64,000 nucleotides of DNA from a virus (taxonomy: Duplodnaviria; Caudoviricetes), in the IMG/VR virus record IMGVR_UViG_3300028591_000014, positions 1-64,000 of that record; one strand, given 5' to 3'. Positions within the stretch are counted from its first letter, which is position 1. Each line of letters begins with the position of its first letter. The notes beneath the pieces were generated by a model that was given only the letters and a program-made list of their open reading frames with translations, searched no databases and had not been told where the DNA came from. Made by a program: the position numbers and the translations under genes. Positions 18,641 through 28,434 of this stretch are shown here, piece by piece.

Positions 18641-19501
18641 ATGGGACATAGCAACGTACGTATTAAGGCTCGTAGAAGAAAAGTAGCGAACCTTGCAGCT
18701 CAAAGTAGGAAGCATACGACACAAAATGTCTGTGTGCCTCCTGCTAACAAGAAGTATTATACGGTTCCATTCGATACCATCCTGGATAAGATGCCACGTT
18801 TTGCATATCCAAAGGTAGGAGGAAAGACGTTTGTTATTGACAAAGACGGTCATTTCCACGTAAAGAATGATAGCTGGAAGTACGAGCGCCACAAGCAGAC
18901 ACCTAGTCTGATTACGTGTAAGAAGCGTAAGTATAGTAATATCAAGTCTTACTCTCCTGATCCAAACATAGAAGGATTTAAGGAGGTTAAGCGAGAGCAA
19001 CGTAACGATTTCGTTAAGTTCTTCTCCAACTATCCGTATACGCTTCCTAAGATGAACCATGTGGAATACATGGAGAAGCTAGTGCAGCATAAGCTTGCTA
19101 AATGGGAACGAAAGAACCCTAAGCCAATCAATGACAGCAATAAGCAAGCAGATTTGTTTGAAAAGGAGTTTATGATTCCTTGGCAAAACGAACGTGAAGC
19201 CGCAACCGAACGTATAAGGGATTTCGTTATCTCTATATATGACAAACTGCCACTAACAGGCCGATTTGAAGTTAGAAAAAATGATACAACAACATACCAA
19301 GAAGAACTGTTGGCAGAACTCAAGGACATCAATGGAGACGGTCACCATATAAATGACCTTGACATAAAGAAGTCCAAATTGATTAAGAAAGCACAGAAGA
19401 TTACGAACAAAGTCCACGCTAAAAGGAGCAATCTGATATGTTCTAATCTGAAAGACCATAAAAGAACAAGAGGCAGGATAATCTTGCCACAGGCGGCATA
19501 A
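18641..19501 (+). CDS. Basic hypothetical protein ending -LPQAA
   Basis: 286-aa ORF. Confidence 0.75.
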   Translation: MGHSNVRIKARRRKVANLAAQSRKHTTQNVCVPPANKKYYTVPFDTILDKMPRFAYPKVGGKTFVIDKDGHFHVKNDSWKYERHKQTPSLITCKKRKYSNIKSYSPDPNIEGFKEVKREQRNDFVKFFSNYPYTLPKMNHVEYMEKLVQHKLAKWERKNPKPINDSNKQADLFEKEFMIPWQNEREAATERIRDFVISIYDKLPLTGRFEVRKNDTTTYQEELLAELKDINGDGHHINDLDIKKSKLIKKAQKITNKVHAKRSNLICSNLKDHKRTRGRIILPQAA

Positions 19502-19509
19502 TGTCGTTA

Positions 19510-19601
19510 GAGAGGAATACGCTACTTGGGGGTAGTGTCTAAAGGCTAACAAAGCTTTGAGGGGTGGAGTTAGTTAGGTGGTTTGAGTCCACCTCCTCTC
19601 A
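19510..19601 (+). ncRNA. Non-canonical tRNA-like element
   Basis: GAGAGGA/TCCTCTC-A acceptor, GGTGG-TTTGAGT-CCACC T-arm, two 7-bp internal stems, no standard anticodon loop. Confidence 0.55.
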
Positions 19602-19620
19602 CTAACAAAAAGGTAGAAGC

Positions 19621-21501
19621 ATGATTATAAAAGGATTGGCTGTAAATGTCTATGACATAGAGGTATTTCCTAATTGCTTCCACTGCTGTGTTAAGGACAC
19701 AGAATCCGGAGAGATTTATAAGTTTGAAATATCAGAAAGAAGGAATCAGCTAGACGATCTAGTTGATTTCTTTTGTTATGATAGTAATGATGCCAGCAGA
19801 CATACAAGAATGTTCTGCGGATATAACAATCATCATTATGATGATGTCATTATAAACTATATTATAGACTTCGAATGGAAAATGGCAAACTTACCCTGGC
19901 ATAGGGTTTGTTCGTCACTGTTCAACTTATCACAGTCAATTGTAAATTCTGAAGACGGACCCGATGTACCGTGGAAGAAGTGGAAGTATGCGAAGTACTT
20001 CTATTCAATGGATTTACTAACTATGCAGTTCAGTCGAAAGTTACGCGTAGGTTTGAAAACTATGCAAGTAACTATGCATTATAAGAACGTACAAGAGTAC
20101 GATGGCGATTTTGAGGCGCCACTTCCGGTGTCTGAAATAGATTCCATGATAGCTTACAATGTAAATGACGTTGAATCCACCACAGAACTATTGTATCTGC
20201 TGCAAGGCCAAATAGAACTGCGCTTGTTTATTGAACAAGAACACGGAATAGATTGCTTGTCAATGGATTCTGTGAAAATGGCAGAAACCTTTCTATTAGA
20301 AGAATATTCTAAGCGGTCAGGTATCCCAAAAAATGTTATAAAGGAAATGCGTTCTCCAATGGATTATATACCACTGAAGGATGTTATTCTGCCATTTATA
20401 AAATACAAAAATCCAAAGTTACAAGACGTTCTTGAGGATATGAAGAAACAGATCGTATACTCTAAGGAACGCAAAGGCTATGAGAAGAAGTTTGTTCTCT
20501 CAAATGTGGTATATTCTATAGGTGTTGGAGGTATCCATTCTATCCATAAACCTAAAATATTCCTCCCAGCAAGCGATGAACATATTGGACATGCTGATGT
20601 TACATCGATGTACCCTTCCTTTCTGATTAAGTATCAGTTTGGTCCGAGGCACCTGGGGAAACTATTTTGCGATATATTCGAACAGCTTTACCATGAAAGA
20701 GTAGAAGCAAAACGTACTGGTCAAAAGATTAAGAACCTGTTTCTAAAGATCGTGCTTAATTCTCCTACCGGCAAGATGCAACAGGAGGTAAGTTGGATGT
20801 ATGATCCTTTCAATGTTTTTAGGATTAGAATAAACGGTCAATTAGTCCTTTTAATGCTCGTAGACAGACTTTTGGAGCTCGGATGTGAAATTATACAAGT
20901 AAACACCGACGGCGTTGTCTACAGGGCTAAAAACAGCCTTAAAGAAGGAATTCAGGAAGCCATCTCAGAGGTTGAGAAGATCACCCAACTTGGTTTTGAA
21001 ATAAATGAGTACGAAGCATTCTATCAATACGCAATTAATGACTACTTTGGGGTCTTAAAAGGCGGTGAGATAGAAGAAAAAGGTATGTTTATCACTAAAA
21101 CTAACCTCGGCAAAGGTTTAGCTCCGGTAGTAATACCGAAAGCTGTGATAGCGTACTTCACCCAAAAAATACCCGTGGCAGAATTTGTTAAGAAGGATAC
21201 AGATATCCGGGATTTCTTAATGTCACAAGCAGTAGATAAGAAATTCAAAGTTGTATACGGAGATGATCCTGTACAACGTATTAACAGATTTTACGCAAGT
21301 ACAAACGGTAAATACCTCTTCAAGGACAACCCTGAAGACGATAGAGACCGTACAAATATGTTGACGAAGTCAGGAGTAACAATCCTGAATAAGTTTGAGG
21401 ATCGACCGATAGAAGATTACAAAATCAACTATCGTTACTATATCAGCGAAGCTAACAAGATAATTGCTGACTTTACTGAACAACAACTCGAATTATTCTA
21501 A
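19621..21501 (+). CDS. polB: DNA polymerase family B
   Basis: Exonuclease YDIE and GYNNHHYD motifs; polymerase motifs DVTSMYPS, KIVLNSPTGK, QVNTDG. Confidence 0.93.
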   Translation: MIIKGLAVNVYDIEVFPNCFHCCVKDTESGEIYKFEISERRNQLDDLVDFFCYDSNDASRHTRMFCGYNNHHYDDVIINYIIDFEWKMANLPWHRVCSSLFNLSQSIVNSEDGPDVPWKKWKYAKYFYSMDLLTMQFSRKLRVGLKTMQVTMHYKNVQEYDGDFEAPLPVSEIDSMIAYNVNDVESTTELLYLLQGQIELRLFIEQEHGIDCLSMDSVKMAETFLLEEYSKRSGIPKNVIKEMRSPMDYIPLKDVILPFIKYKNPKLQDVLEDMKKQIVYSKERKGYEKKFVLSNVVYSIGVGGIHSIHKPKIFLPASDEHIGHADVTSMYPSFLIKYQFGPRHLGKLFCDIFEQLYHERVEAKRTGQKIKNLFLKIVLNSPTGKMQQEVSWMYDPFNVFRIRINGQLVLLMLVDRLLELGCEIIQVNTDGVVYRAKNSLKEGIQEAISEVEKITQLGFEINEYEAFYQYAINDYFGVLKGGEIEEKGMFITKTNLGKGLAPVVIPKAVIAYFTQKIPVAEFVKKDTDIRDFLMSQAVDKKFKVVYGDDPVQRINRFYASTNGKYLFKDNPEDDRDRTNMLTKSGVTILNKFEDRPIEDYKINYRYYISEANKIIADFTEQQLELF

Positions 21502-21515
21502 GAGCCTAGAGAGCC

Positions 21516-22079
21516 ATGATTATCGAAGTAAACACTAAAATCCTGGATTTCCCAGGTATCAATATGAATCAATTAGTCTTCCTAAGTATGGTATTGGGTA
21601 AGAATCAACCAAAATATCAAGACGTCCACAAAATTGTCAGCCTTATTAGTGACGATGAGATATCATACTTAGTTAATCAGGGACTTATAACCTCGATCGA
21701 GAGAGGGACTTCAATTACATATCAGCCTACAGATGTGCTTAAGAATCTTGTAGCGCCTAAGAAAGACTATTTCGATGTCTTCTATGATATGTACCCAGTG
21801 TATGTCGTACGACCAGATGGCACTAAATCATATTTGCGTGCAAATGTGAATAAGTGTCGTCACCTTTTTAACACGTATATTGGTAATAGTGAAGCTATGG
21901 CAGAACATTTTATAAAATGCCTAGAGCACGAAACCAGTAAGAAAATGCGTGAAGGAAAGCTTGGCTACATGAAAACCATGTGGCGATGGTTAGTAGATCA
22001 TCAGTGGGAAGAAACTGAGGAAGAAATGCAAGACACGACAAAACAAGCTGTGAATTCTTATGGAACAGAACTTATCTAA
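21516..22079 (+). CDS. Replication-module protein (possible initiator or helicase loader)
   Basis: Lies between PolB and helicase; FDVFYDMYP motif; function inferred from context. Confidence 0.55.
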   Translation: MIIEVNTKILDFPGINMNQLVFLSMVLGKNQPKYQDVHKIVSLISDDEISYLVNQGLITSIERGTSITYQPTDVLKNLVAPKKDYFDVFYDMYPVYVVRPDGTKSYLRANVNKCRHLFNTYIGNSEAMAEHFIKCLEHETSKKMREGKLGYMKTMWRWLVDHQWEETEEEMQDTTKQAVNSYGTELI

Positions 22080-22986
22080 CTTTATACGCCCGATGTCAGT
22101 TGTAGCTCAAGAAGCTATTAATTACATTGAAGGCAGACGAAACAAAACTGTAGTTTCGTTAAAGACTAGGTGGGCTAAGTTCAATAAGCAGTGTATGGGA
22201 GGTATTGAACCAAATACCGTTTATACCATAGCTGGTATTTCTGGAAGCGGCAAAAGCTCATGGAGTAATCTTTTGCAAATTGATTTATTTGATTATAATC
22301 CCAATGAAGAAATAGTTGTATTGACTTTCTCATTAGAGATGGTTGGATTTAGGCAGGTTGGAAGGACGCTTTCTACAAAGCTCAGGAAAACGACTTCTAC
22401 TCTGTATAGCTCGGAAACGAGCCTTGACGACGAAACGTTCAGAAAAGTCGTAAATGTATCTAATCAGCTAAAGGAGTATAATATCTACTTCGTAGATAAT
22501 CCTACAACTCCCATGCAAGTTCAAGAGATTATATTTAGTTTCTATGATCAGTACGTAAAAGGTACTGGTAAACATTTTGTTGTTATCTATGACCATACTC
22601 TGTTGACGAAACCAATAGGTTCTACAATAGAGACTATGAGCGAATTGGAGCGCGTATTCATCCAGGTCAAAAAGTTGCCACTAACTTCTGTGGTACAGAT
22701 AGCACAAATGAATAGAAATATTGAAGCTTCAGAAAGGATTAATAACCCGCTTAGTCATTACCCAATGAGAAGCGATTTGTCGTCATCTGATGCAATATTT
22801 CAAGCCAGTGATTACGTACTGGTGTTGCATCGACCAGAGATTCTTAATATACAGGAATATGGTCCGAATCATCTACCTACTTCTAACAAGGTATATCTGC
22901 ACATCCTAAAGAATAGAGATGCTGGTAAACCTTGTATACTTGAATTCGAGAACGACCTGATGTATAATAATCTCATCGAATGTTAA
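22060..22986 (+). CDS. dnaB: DnaB-like replicative helicase (C-terminal ATPase domain)
   Basis: AGISGSGKS, FSLEM, IYDH, AQMNR, SDL..SDAIFQASD, ILKNRD. Confidence 0.9.
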   Translation: MEQNLSNFIRPMSVVAQEAINYIEGRRNKTVVSLKTRWAKFNKQCMGGIEPNTVYTIAGISGSGKSSWSNLLQIDLFDYNPNEEIVVLTFSLEMVGFRQVGRTLSTKLRKTTSTLYSSETSLDDETFRKVVNVSNQLKEYNIYFVDNPTTPMQVQEIIFSFYDQYVKGTGKHFVVIYDHTLLTKPIGSTIETMSELERVFIQVKKLPLTSVVQIAQMNRNIEASERINNPLSHYPMRSDLSSSDAIFQASDYVLVLHRPEILNIQEYGPNHLPTSNKVYLHILKNRDAGKPCILEFENDLMYNNLIEC

Positions 22987-23030
22987 GCATTGGATGATAA
23001 TTATTAACGCATTAAAAGAAAGGCTGAATT

Positions 23031-23510
23031 ATGAAGAAGTATACATTTAATCTGAACAACGATAATACCACCGGTTTTAACACTACGTTTTGCAACTCGT
23101 TTTACACCAAGTCTACAGACTATTCTAAGATTCTTGATGATCTTATATTTGACGATTTGATGGACAAGAACCCGTGGTTGAGTCAGTATACTAAGAACAA
23201 TATAGACGCTATTAATATCATCAATACGCAGCAGATTGCGAATACCGACGATGATTTCATTAAGGCGTTTACTTTCCTGAAGAACTACAATACCAATAAC
23301 ATTGGTAAGTACTTCATCAAGGATAAGTATTATGAGCTTTCTGATGGTACGCTCTTCTGTATTTCTGATAACTACATTTACATGAACGGTAAGTTCCACT
23401 GGTTTGACGATATGAAGAAGAAGAACTTCTATACTCTGTTTACACCGGCGGAGAAGAAGACTATTTGTACCATCTATACCGATAGTCTTAAGATTACCAT
23501 TAAAGCATAA
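23031..23510 (+). CDS. Hypothetical protein
   Basis: 159-aa ORF. Confidence 0.7.
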   Translation: MKKYTFNLNNDNTTGFNTTFCNSFYTKSTDYSKILDDLIFDDLMDKNPWLSQYTKNNIDAINIINTQQIANTDDDFIKAFTFLKNYNTNNIGKYFIKDKYYELSDGTLFCISDNYIYMNGKFHWFDDMKKKNFYTLFTPAEKKTICTIYTDSLKITIKA

Positions 23511-23512
23511 TT

Positions 23513-24256
23513 ATGGAAGGATTAACACTACCGGTAAAACCGGTGCCCGCTGTTTCAACTAATCCAACTTATTTGATTCTATACGGATTGCCAAAGTCTG
23601 GTAAGACTAGTTGTTTGGCTCAGCTAGACAACAATCTTATCATAGACTTAGAGGGAGGTTCTCTCTTCCTTGATGCAATGGCTGTACAGGCTCGAACAAT
23701 AAACGACCTTGGCGCTATTGCACAGGCTATTCGTGAGAAGAACAAAGAAGCTGGAAAGAATTTTTATAAACGTATAACAATAGACAATGCTACTCGTTTG
23801 GAAGACATTTGTATGAGCTATGCTTGTACATTGTATAGAAAGACGGAGCTTGGCAAAAACTGGACAGGAGATGACATTACAACATTAGCTCGTGGAGCAG
23901 GGTATAAATACCTTCGTGACGCAGTGAAGAAAGTTATCGATATGTTTAAGGATTTGTGTGACGAATTTATTCTTGTAGGACATGTCAAAGATAGTATCAC
24001 CGATAAAGATGGCCAAGAAATCAACGCAAAAGAAATCGACCTCGTCGGTAAACTGGGAAAAATCGTTTGTGGAATGGCTGACGCAGTCGGATACGTATAC
24101 CGCAAAGATAATGAAACGCACATTAGTTTTAAATCTGGAGGTGACGGAACAATCATGGAAGCGCGTGCAAGACACATCGCTGGTAAAGATATTGTCATTG
24201 CTACAGGAAATGAAGACGGAAGCATAACAACATATTGGAATCGTATATATAAATAA
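23513..24256 (+). CDS. Sak4/AAA_24-like ATPase (recombination)
   Basis: LYGLPKSGKT, IIDLEGG, ITIDN, ILVGH. Confidence 0.85.
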   Translation: MEGLTLPVKPVPAVSTNPTYLILYGLPKSGKTSCLAQLDNNLIIDLEGGSLFLDAMAVQARTINDLGAIAQAIREKNKEAGKNFYKRITIDNATRLEDICMSYACTLYRKTELGKNWTGDDITTLARGAGYKYLRDAVKKVIDMFKDLCDEFILVGHVKDSITDKDGQEINAKEIDLVGKLGKIVCGMADAVGYVYRKDNETHISFKSGGDGTIMEARARHIAGKDIVIATGNEDGSITTYWNRIYK

Positions 24257-24275
24257 TTAAGAGCCTAATAGAGCC

Positions 24276-24887
24276 ATGTATAGTACAAAAACAGCAACAA
24301 CAAACAATCAGGAGTTTACAAGCTCCTATATGCCCGTAGGTATTAACGAAAACGTAAAACTTAAGGAAGTTAACGTAAACAAAACAGCTCAAGGTCGTGA
24401 TTTCCTTGAGATTGTATTTGTTAACGCAGATGGTCAGACGGCAACTATGACTGAGTGGAAGAACGAGAAAAACATGTGGATTAAGACTGATGAAGAACTT
24501 CAGCAGCGTGATAATCAGCAGTTTGGTCGTATTTTACAAGTTATAGATGCTATTAATGGAAAGCACGATGAGTTTGAAGGAAACTCGTTTACAGAAATGA
24601 TAAACTGGGTTAAGAACGAGCTTGAGGTTATCCAGCTGGCAACTCCGTTGCGCCTTAAGGTTGTTTACGACAAGAAGGGTTATACGAAAGTTAGCTCTCT
24701 TGGTATATTTGTTGAACCTATGAGTGTAGAACAGTCTCAGATTAAGCTTTGGAAGAACGATCTTCTGGAGCGTCCTATTGTAGCCGATAAAGAACCTGCT
24801 ACAGATCCGCTTGCTGGTCAGGCAATGTCTGACTTTAGTACTCCGGTAACTGAGACTAATAAAGGTGCTGACGACCTGCCCTTTTAA
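24276..24887 (+). CDS. Putative single-stranded DNA-binding protein
   Basis: Follows the Sak4-like gene; acidic tail ending DDLPF. Confidence 0.7.
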   Translation: MYSTKTATTNNQEFTSSYMPVGINENVKLKEVNVNKTAQGRDFLEIVFVNADGQTATMTEWKNEKNMWIKTDEELQQRDNQQFGRILQVIDAINGKHDEFEGNSFTEMINWVKNELEVIQLATPLRLKVVYDKKGYTKVSSLGIFVEPMSVEQSQIKLWKNDLLERPIVADKEPATDPLAGQAMSDFSTPVTETNKGADDLPF

Positions 24888-25273
24888 TTTATTAAATATG
24901 GAACAACTACGTAAACGTTTTCCAGGTATATGGTTTAACGGAATGTGGTTAATATAATGGTCAGTGGTGGAGGACTGACTGGTTAATCTAGTCAGCCCCT
25001 AACAATTTTGTCGTTGTTTTCATAAAATGTGGTGCTGACAACCAATAAATCAGATAATCGTTCCGTGTAAGTCTAATAAACTGCGGGTACATGGAAATTG
25101 TACGAACAAGCTAGATTTTGTCTAGAAGGGGTAACGTGAAAGCTAATAAAAGGTCAGTGGTAATGGTAGCTCTCCAGACTAACGGAGTTTGTGGGCAAGG
25201 GATATGGGTGAGATTCCCATACAGCCTCGCGGGTTCGAGTCCCGCCGCCATTCAAATAGTAGAGAGAATTTCT

Positions 25274-25432
25274 ATGATACAGAAAAGATATCAATACTGG
25301 TCCAGAGATGGCATTGTATGGACATCCTGGATAAACTATTGTGAAGATGATTCGCAATTAGAGGAATTAAAAGAAACATACAAATGGCAACTCAAAAACA
25401 AACTTAAGAACGAGTTTAGATTAATAACTTAA
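25274..25432 (+). CDS. Small hypothetical protein
   Basis: MIQKRYQYW...; the upstream part of the listed ORF overlaps structured RNA. Confidence 0.55.
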   Translation: MIQKRYQYWSRDGIVWTSWINYCEDDSQLEELKETYKWQLKNKLKNEFRLIT

Positions 25433-25443
25433 ACATAATCAAT

Positions 25444-25743
25444 ATGAAACATGTATTTAAACAATTAGCCGTTTATCAACCAAAGACAAAGGTTGGAGAA
25501 AGTTACAAACCGAGCCGATTTGAAATAGGTACTGCGATTATAGATTTGGAATACATTTCTGCAGTTTACGAATGTGTAATTTTCGAAAACGAAAATAAAC
25601 AAGACGATGAAGTATTAAATTGGTTAAAAGAGAAACAATTGATATTAGCAAGAATTATATTGAAAGACGGTACAAAATTCAGCAACATAATTGTTCCTAA
25701 TATGAACTATTTCGGTATAATACTCGGCGATGTGACGTTTTGA
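25444..25743 (+). CDS. Hypothetical protein
   Basis: 99-aa ORF. Confidence 0.65.
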   Translation: MKHVFKQLAVYQPKTKVGESYKPSRFEIGTAIIDLEYISAVYECVIFENENKQDDEVLNWLKEKQLILARIILKDGTKFSNIIVPNMNYFGIILGDVTF

Positions 25744-25751
25744 AACATTGG

Positions 25752-25831
25752 AGATCAGTAGTCTAGAGGTTATGACGGTCACCCTAAAAGGTAGTTGACG
25801 GATTGTGGGGTTCGAATCCCCACCTGATTAC
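25752..25831 (+). tRNA. Atypical tRNA-like gene with an enlarged, CTA-containing anticodon loop
   Basis: GATCAG/CTGATT acceptor, GTC/GAC D-arm, TGGGG-TTCGAAT-CCCCA T-arm, 14-nt loop CCCTAAAAGGTAGT. Confidence 0.55.
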
Positions 25832-25846
25832 ACAAAGCTTAAGCTT

Positions 25847-26821
25847 ATGTATAGTACAAAAACAGCAATAACAATGAGTCTTAGAGACTTGTTGGATAAA
25901 CTGGATGACTATGACATCTATGCTTATTATCTTGGTTCATTTAAACCAGGAAAACTTATGAATAGTCCTTTGAGACCAGACGATAAGATACCTAGTTTTG
26001 CTATATTTCCTGGCAAAACAGGTGGATTATTGTTTAAAGATCATGGGACTGGAGAGGCAGGTAACGCCTTGAAATTCATAAAACTATACAAAGGTATAGA
26101 CACGAGAGATGAATTAGAACGAGAGTTGTTACGCATCGTCCGAAAAATGAACCCAATGCTCGGTGAGGTAAAACCAACACACGTGAAAACGGTGGGATCA
26201 GGGCTAACAAAAATAGGGATAGTTCGTCAACCATTTACAGAAACAGATAAGAAGTATTGGAAGCAATTTCATATTTCTATCGATACACTTAAGCGTTTTG
26301 ATGTATTTAGTATAAAGTATTTCTTATGCAATGATGTTGTACGAGGAGTATACAAAGAGGATAATCCTATGTATGCTTACAAAGTAGATGATAGATTTAA
26401 GATTTATCGTCCGCTTGCAAGTAAGTATACAAAATGGAGAACTGATTTGACAAATGATAATATTCAGGGTCTTAAGCAACTGCCAGACTCTGGTAATCTT
26501 TTGTTTATTACTAAATCGCTTAAAGATGTAATGTGTCTGTATGAAATGGGATTCAATGCGATATCACCTTCGAGTGAAACTACTTTCATACCTGATAATG
26601 TTTTACAGCATCTTCGCTCTAAATGGAAACATATCATCATTCTATTCGACAGAGACGAAGCAGGTGTGAAAAACGCTAGAAAGTATAGTAAGCAATATAA
26701 GCTAGATGCTATGTTTGTTCATAAAAAGTTTAAGGCAAAGGACATATCCGATGCTGTTAAGGCTAATGGATTCTTTGCCGTAAAGGATTGGTTAACTAAA
26801 ACAGTAGAAAGATATGATTAA
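25847..26821 (+). CDS. dnaG: DnaG-like primase (TOPRIM)
   Basis: SPLRPDDKIPSF...FKDHGTG, ITKSLKD, LFDRDEAG, KDISD. Confidence 0.85.
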   Translation: MYSTKTAITMSLRDLLDKLDDYDIYAYYLGSFKPGKLMNSPLRPDDKIPSFAIFPGKTGGLLFKDHGTGEAGNALKFIKLYKGIDTRDELERELLRIVRKMNPMLGEVKPTHVKTVGSGLTKIGIVRQPFTETDKKYWKQFHISIDTLKRFDVFSIKYFLCNDVVRGVYKEDNPMYAYKVDDRFKIYRPLASKYTKWRTDLTNDNIQGLKQLPDSGNLLFITKSLKDVMCLYEMGFNAISPSSETTFIPDNVLQHLRSKWKHIIILFDRDEAGVKNARKYSKQYKLDAMFVHKKFKAKDISDAVKANGFFAVKDWLTKTVERYD

Positions 26822-27107
26822 TTTTATAATCGGATTAAGTGTATTTCTTCTTGGTGGAATTTTAGGCTTTATCGCTGGTGGTACCAAGGTATTATTCACG
26901 TTACTCGCTATATTGGGTATTCCTGAAGAGTATTTCATGGCGCTCAAAGACGAAATTAAGGATTTAGCAAAGCGTGTAAAAACAGCCAAGCCGGAAACTG
27001 AAGAGGAAAAAGAGAAATTTCGTGAAGAAGCATTCGATATATTTACGAAATACTCCAAATATACACTTAAAGGTACTGTGTGTGTAAATATTGCACATGA
27101 AGACTAA
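26814..27107 (+). CDS. Small membrane protein
   Basis: Hydrophobic N-terminus. Confidence 0.6.
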   Translation: MINFIIGLSVFLLGGILGFIAGGTKVLFTLLAILGIPEEYFMALKDEIKDLAKRVKTAKPETEEEKEKFREEAFDIFTKYSKYTLKGTVCVNIAHED

Positions 27108-27486
27108 AGGAAGGGTTAAGAATGCGACAGCAGTCGATGCGTATGGGCTACATTTCCGTAGCAAACTCGAACTCTATACGTATGAAGCTTTTATGAGGGC
27201 TGGTATTCCAGTCAAATATGAGCCAAAGCATTTTACTCTTCTACCAAAGTTCGAATACTTAGGCGAGAAAATTCGTCCTATTACATATCTTCCAGATTTT
27301 ATAGGAAGAGGATTTGTAGTAGAATGTAAAGGGTTAATGGGAGATTCGTTCCCGTTAAGATTTAAGCTCTTTAAATATTACCTGAAACGCCATCACTCCA
27401 AAATGAAGTGTTATCTTGTGAGAAATCACAAGCAGGTAGACGAAATGATTGAAGAACTTTTAAAAGCAAAAAATAATGGAAAATAA
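27097..27486 (+). CDS. PD-(D/E)XK endonuclease, resolvase-like (T7 endonuclease I/DUF1064 type)
   Basis: FRSKLE...YEP...YLPDF...VVECKG. Confidence 0.8.
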   Translation: MKTKGRVKNATAVDAYGLHFRSKLELYTYEAFMRAGIPVKYEPKHFTLLPKFEYLGEKIRPITYLPDFIGRGFVVECKGLMGDSFPLRFKLFKYYLKRHHSKMKCYLVRNHKQVDEMIEELLKAKNNGK

Positions 27487-28252
27487 TTCACACTTCGTAA
27501 AGAATGGAAATGTAATTACTCCTAAACCCGTAGGTAGTGACTATAACCTTAAAGCCGGTGATGTATATCGATTAGTAGAAGATAAATACTCTGATATGTT
27601 GTACATTACAGAAGATAAAGCATTTGAATTCCCTAAACGCTATTATAGCACTAAGGAAGATGATTCATTTGCAAATAAGGTTATAAACACATTCAATAAG
27701 ACTGAAAAGCTTACTACAGGTGTGTTGCTTTCCGGTATGAAAGGAAGTGGTAAGACTCTTATGGCAAAGAAGATAGCTGAAAAGTCTAATTTGCCTATTA
27801 TTGTCGTAGACAAAGAGGTTCGTTCTACTGATATAGAGAACTTCTTTGCTCAGATGTCAGTAAACGTATGTATTATATTTGATGAGATAGATAAGTATTG
27901 GAATTCTCGTTATTTGCTTGGTTTCTTAGATGGTGTTAAGCCGTCTTGTAAGAAGCTTGTGCTTTGTACAGCAAACAATGAGAATGAGATCGATGAGTAT
28001 TTGAACGATCGCTGTAGTCGTATACGATATAAGCGTACATTTAGTACTCTCAGCAAGCCGATTGTATCTGGTGTACTTAATGATATTATTAAGGACAAGA
28101 AGAAGGCAGAAGCTGCTACAGAGTTTATCATCAATAACATAAACGTAGTGTCTTACGATAATGTTATAATCTTCGGTGAGGAAGTCAAGAATAATCCTGA
28201 CGAATCATTTGAAAGTATTATAGCAGACCTTAATGTCGAAAAGAAGGATTAA
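27476..28252 (+). CDS. AAA+ ATPase
   Basis: GMKGSGKT, IIFDEIDK, LDG, CTAN, RCSRI. Confidence 0.85.
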   Translation: MENNSHFVKNGNVITPKPVGSDYNLKAGDVYRLVEDKYSDMLYITEDKAFEFPKRYYSTKEDDSFANKVINTFNKTEKLTTGVLLSGMKGSGKTLMAKKIAEKSNLPIIVVDKEVRSTDIENFFAQMSVNVCIIFDEIDKYWNSRYLLGFLDGVKPSCKKLVLCTANNENEIDEYLNDRCSRIRYKRTFSTLSKPIVSGVLNDIIKDKKKAEAATEFIINNINVVSYDNVIIFGEEVKNNPDESFESIIADLNVEKKD

Positions 28253-28434
28253 TGGACATTTCAACTCCCTATTACGAGGATAGAACCCGCAAAATAACGA
28301 TTGAATTAAGAGAATGTTGGAGTTATGGATGTTGCGGATGTGATCCATTATACATATGGATTAAAAAAGAAGTAACACCCGAACAACTCGTTCAATTAAT
28401 TGATCGTTGTGAAACAATGAAAATAATATATTGA
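28252..28434 (+). CDS. Small ORF duplicating the nuclease N-terminus (MDISTPYY)
   Basis: First 8 aa are identical to the protein starting at 28532. Confidence 0.5.
   Translation: MDISTPYYEDRTRKITIELRECWSYGCCGCDPLYIWIKKEVTPEQLVQLIDRCETMKIIY

Noticed and set aside
19510-19601. tRNA-Sec, suggested by the long D-like stem
   Set aside because: No TCA anticodon loop and no 8/5 acceptor/T-stem fold
19621-22986. Inteins or introns in PolB or the helicase
   Set aside because: Both ORFs are continuous and compact, with no intein splice motifs seen
25118-25273. N-terminal extensions of ORFs 25118, 25805, 9496, 7029 and 15566
   Set aside because: They use non-ATG or weak starts and overlap tRNA-like or leader sequence; downstream ATGs with A-rich leaders fit better
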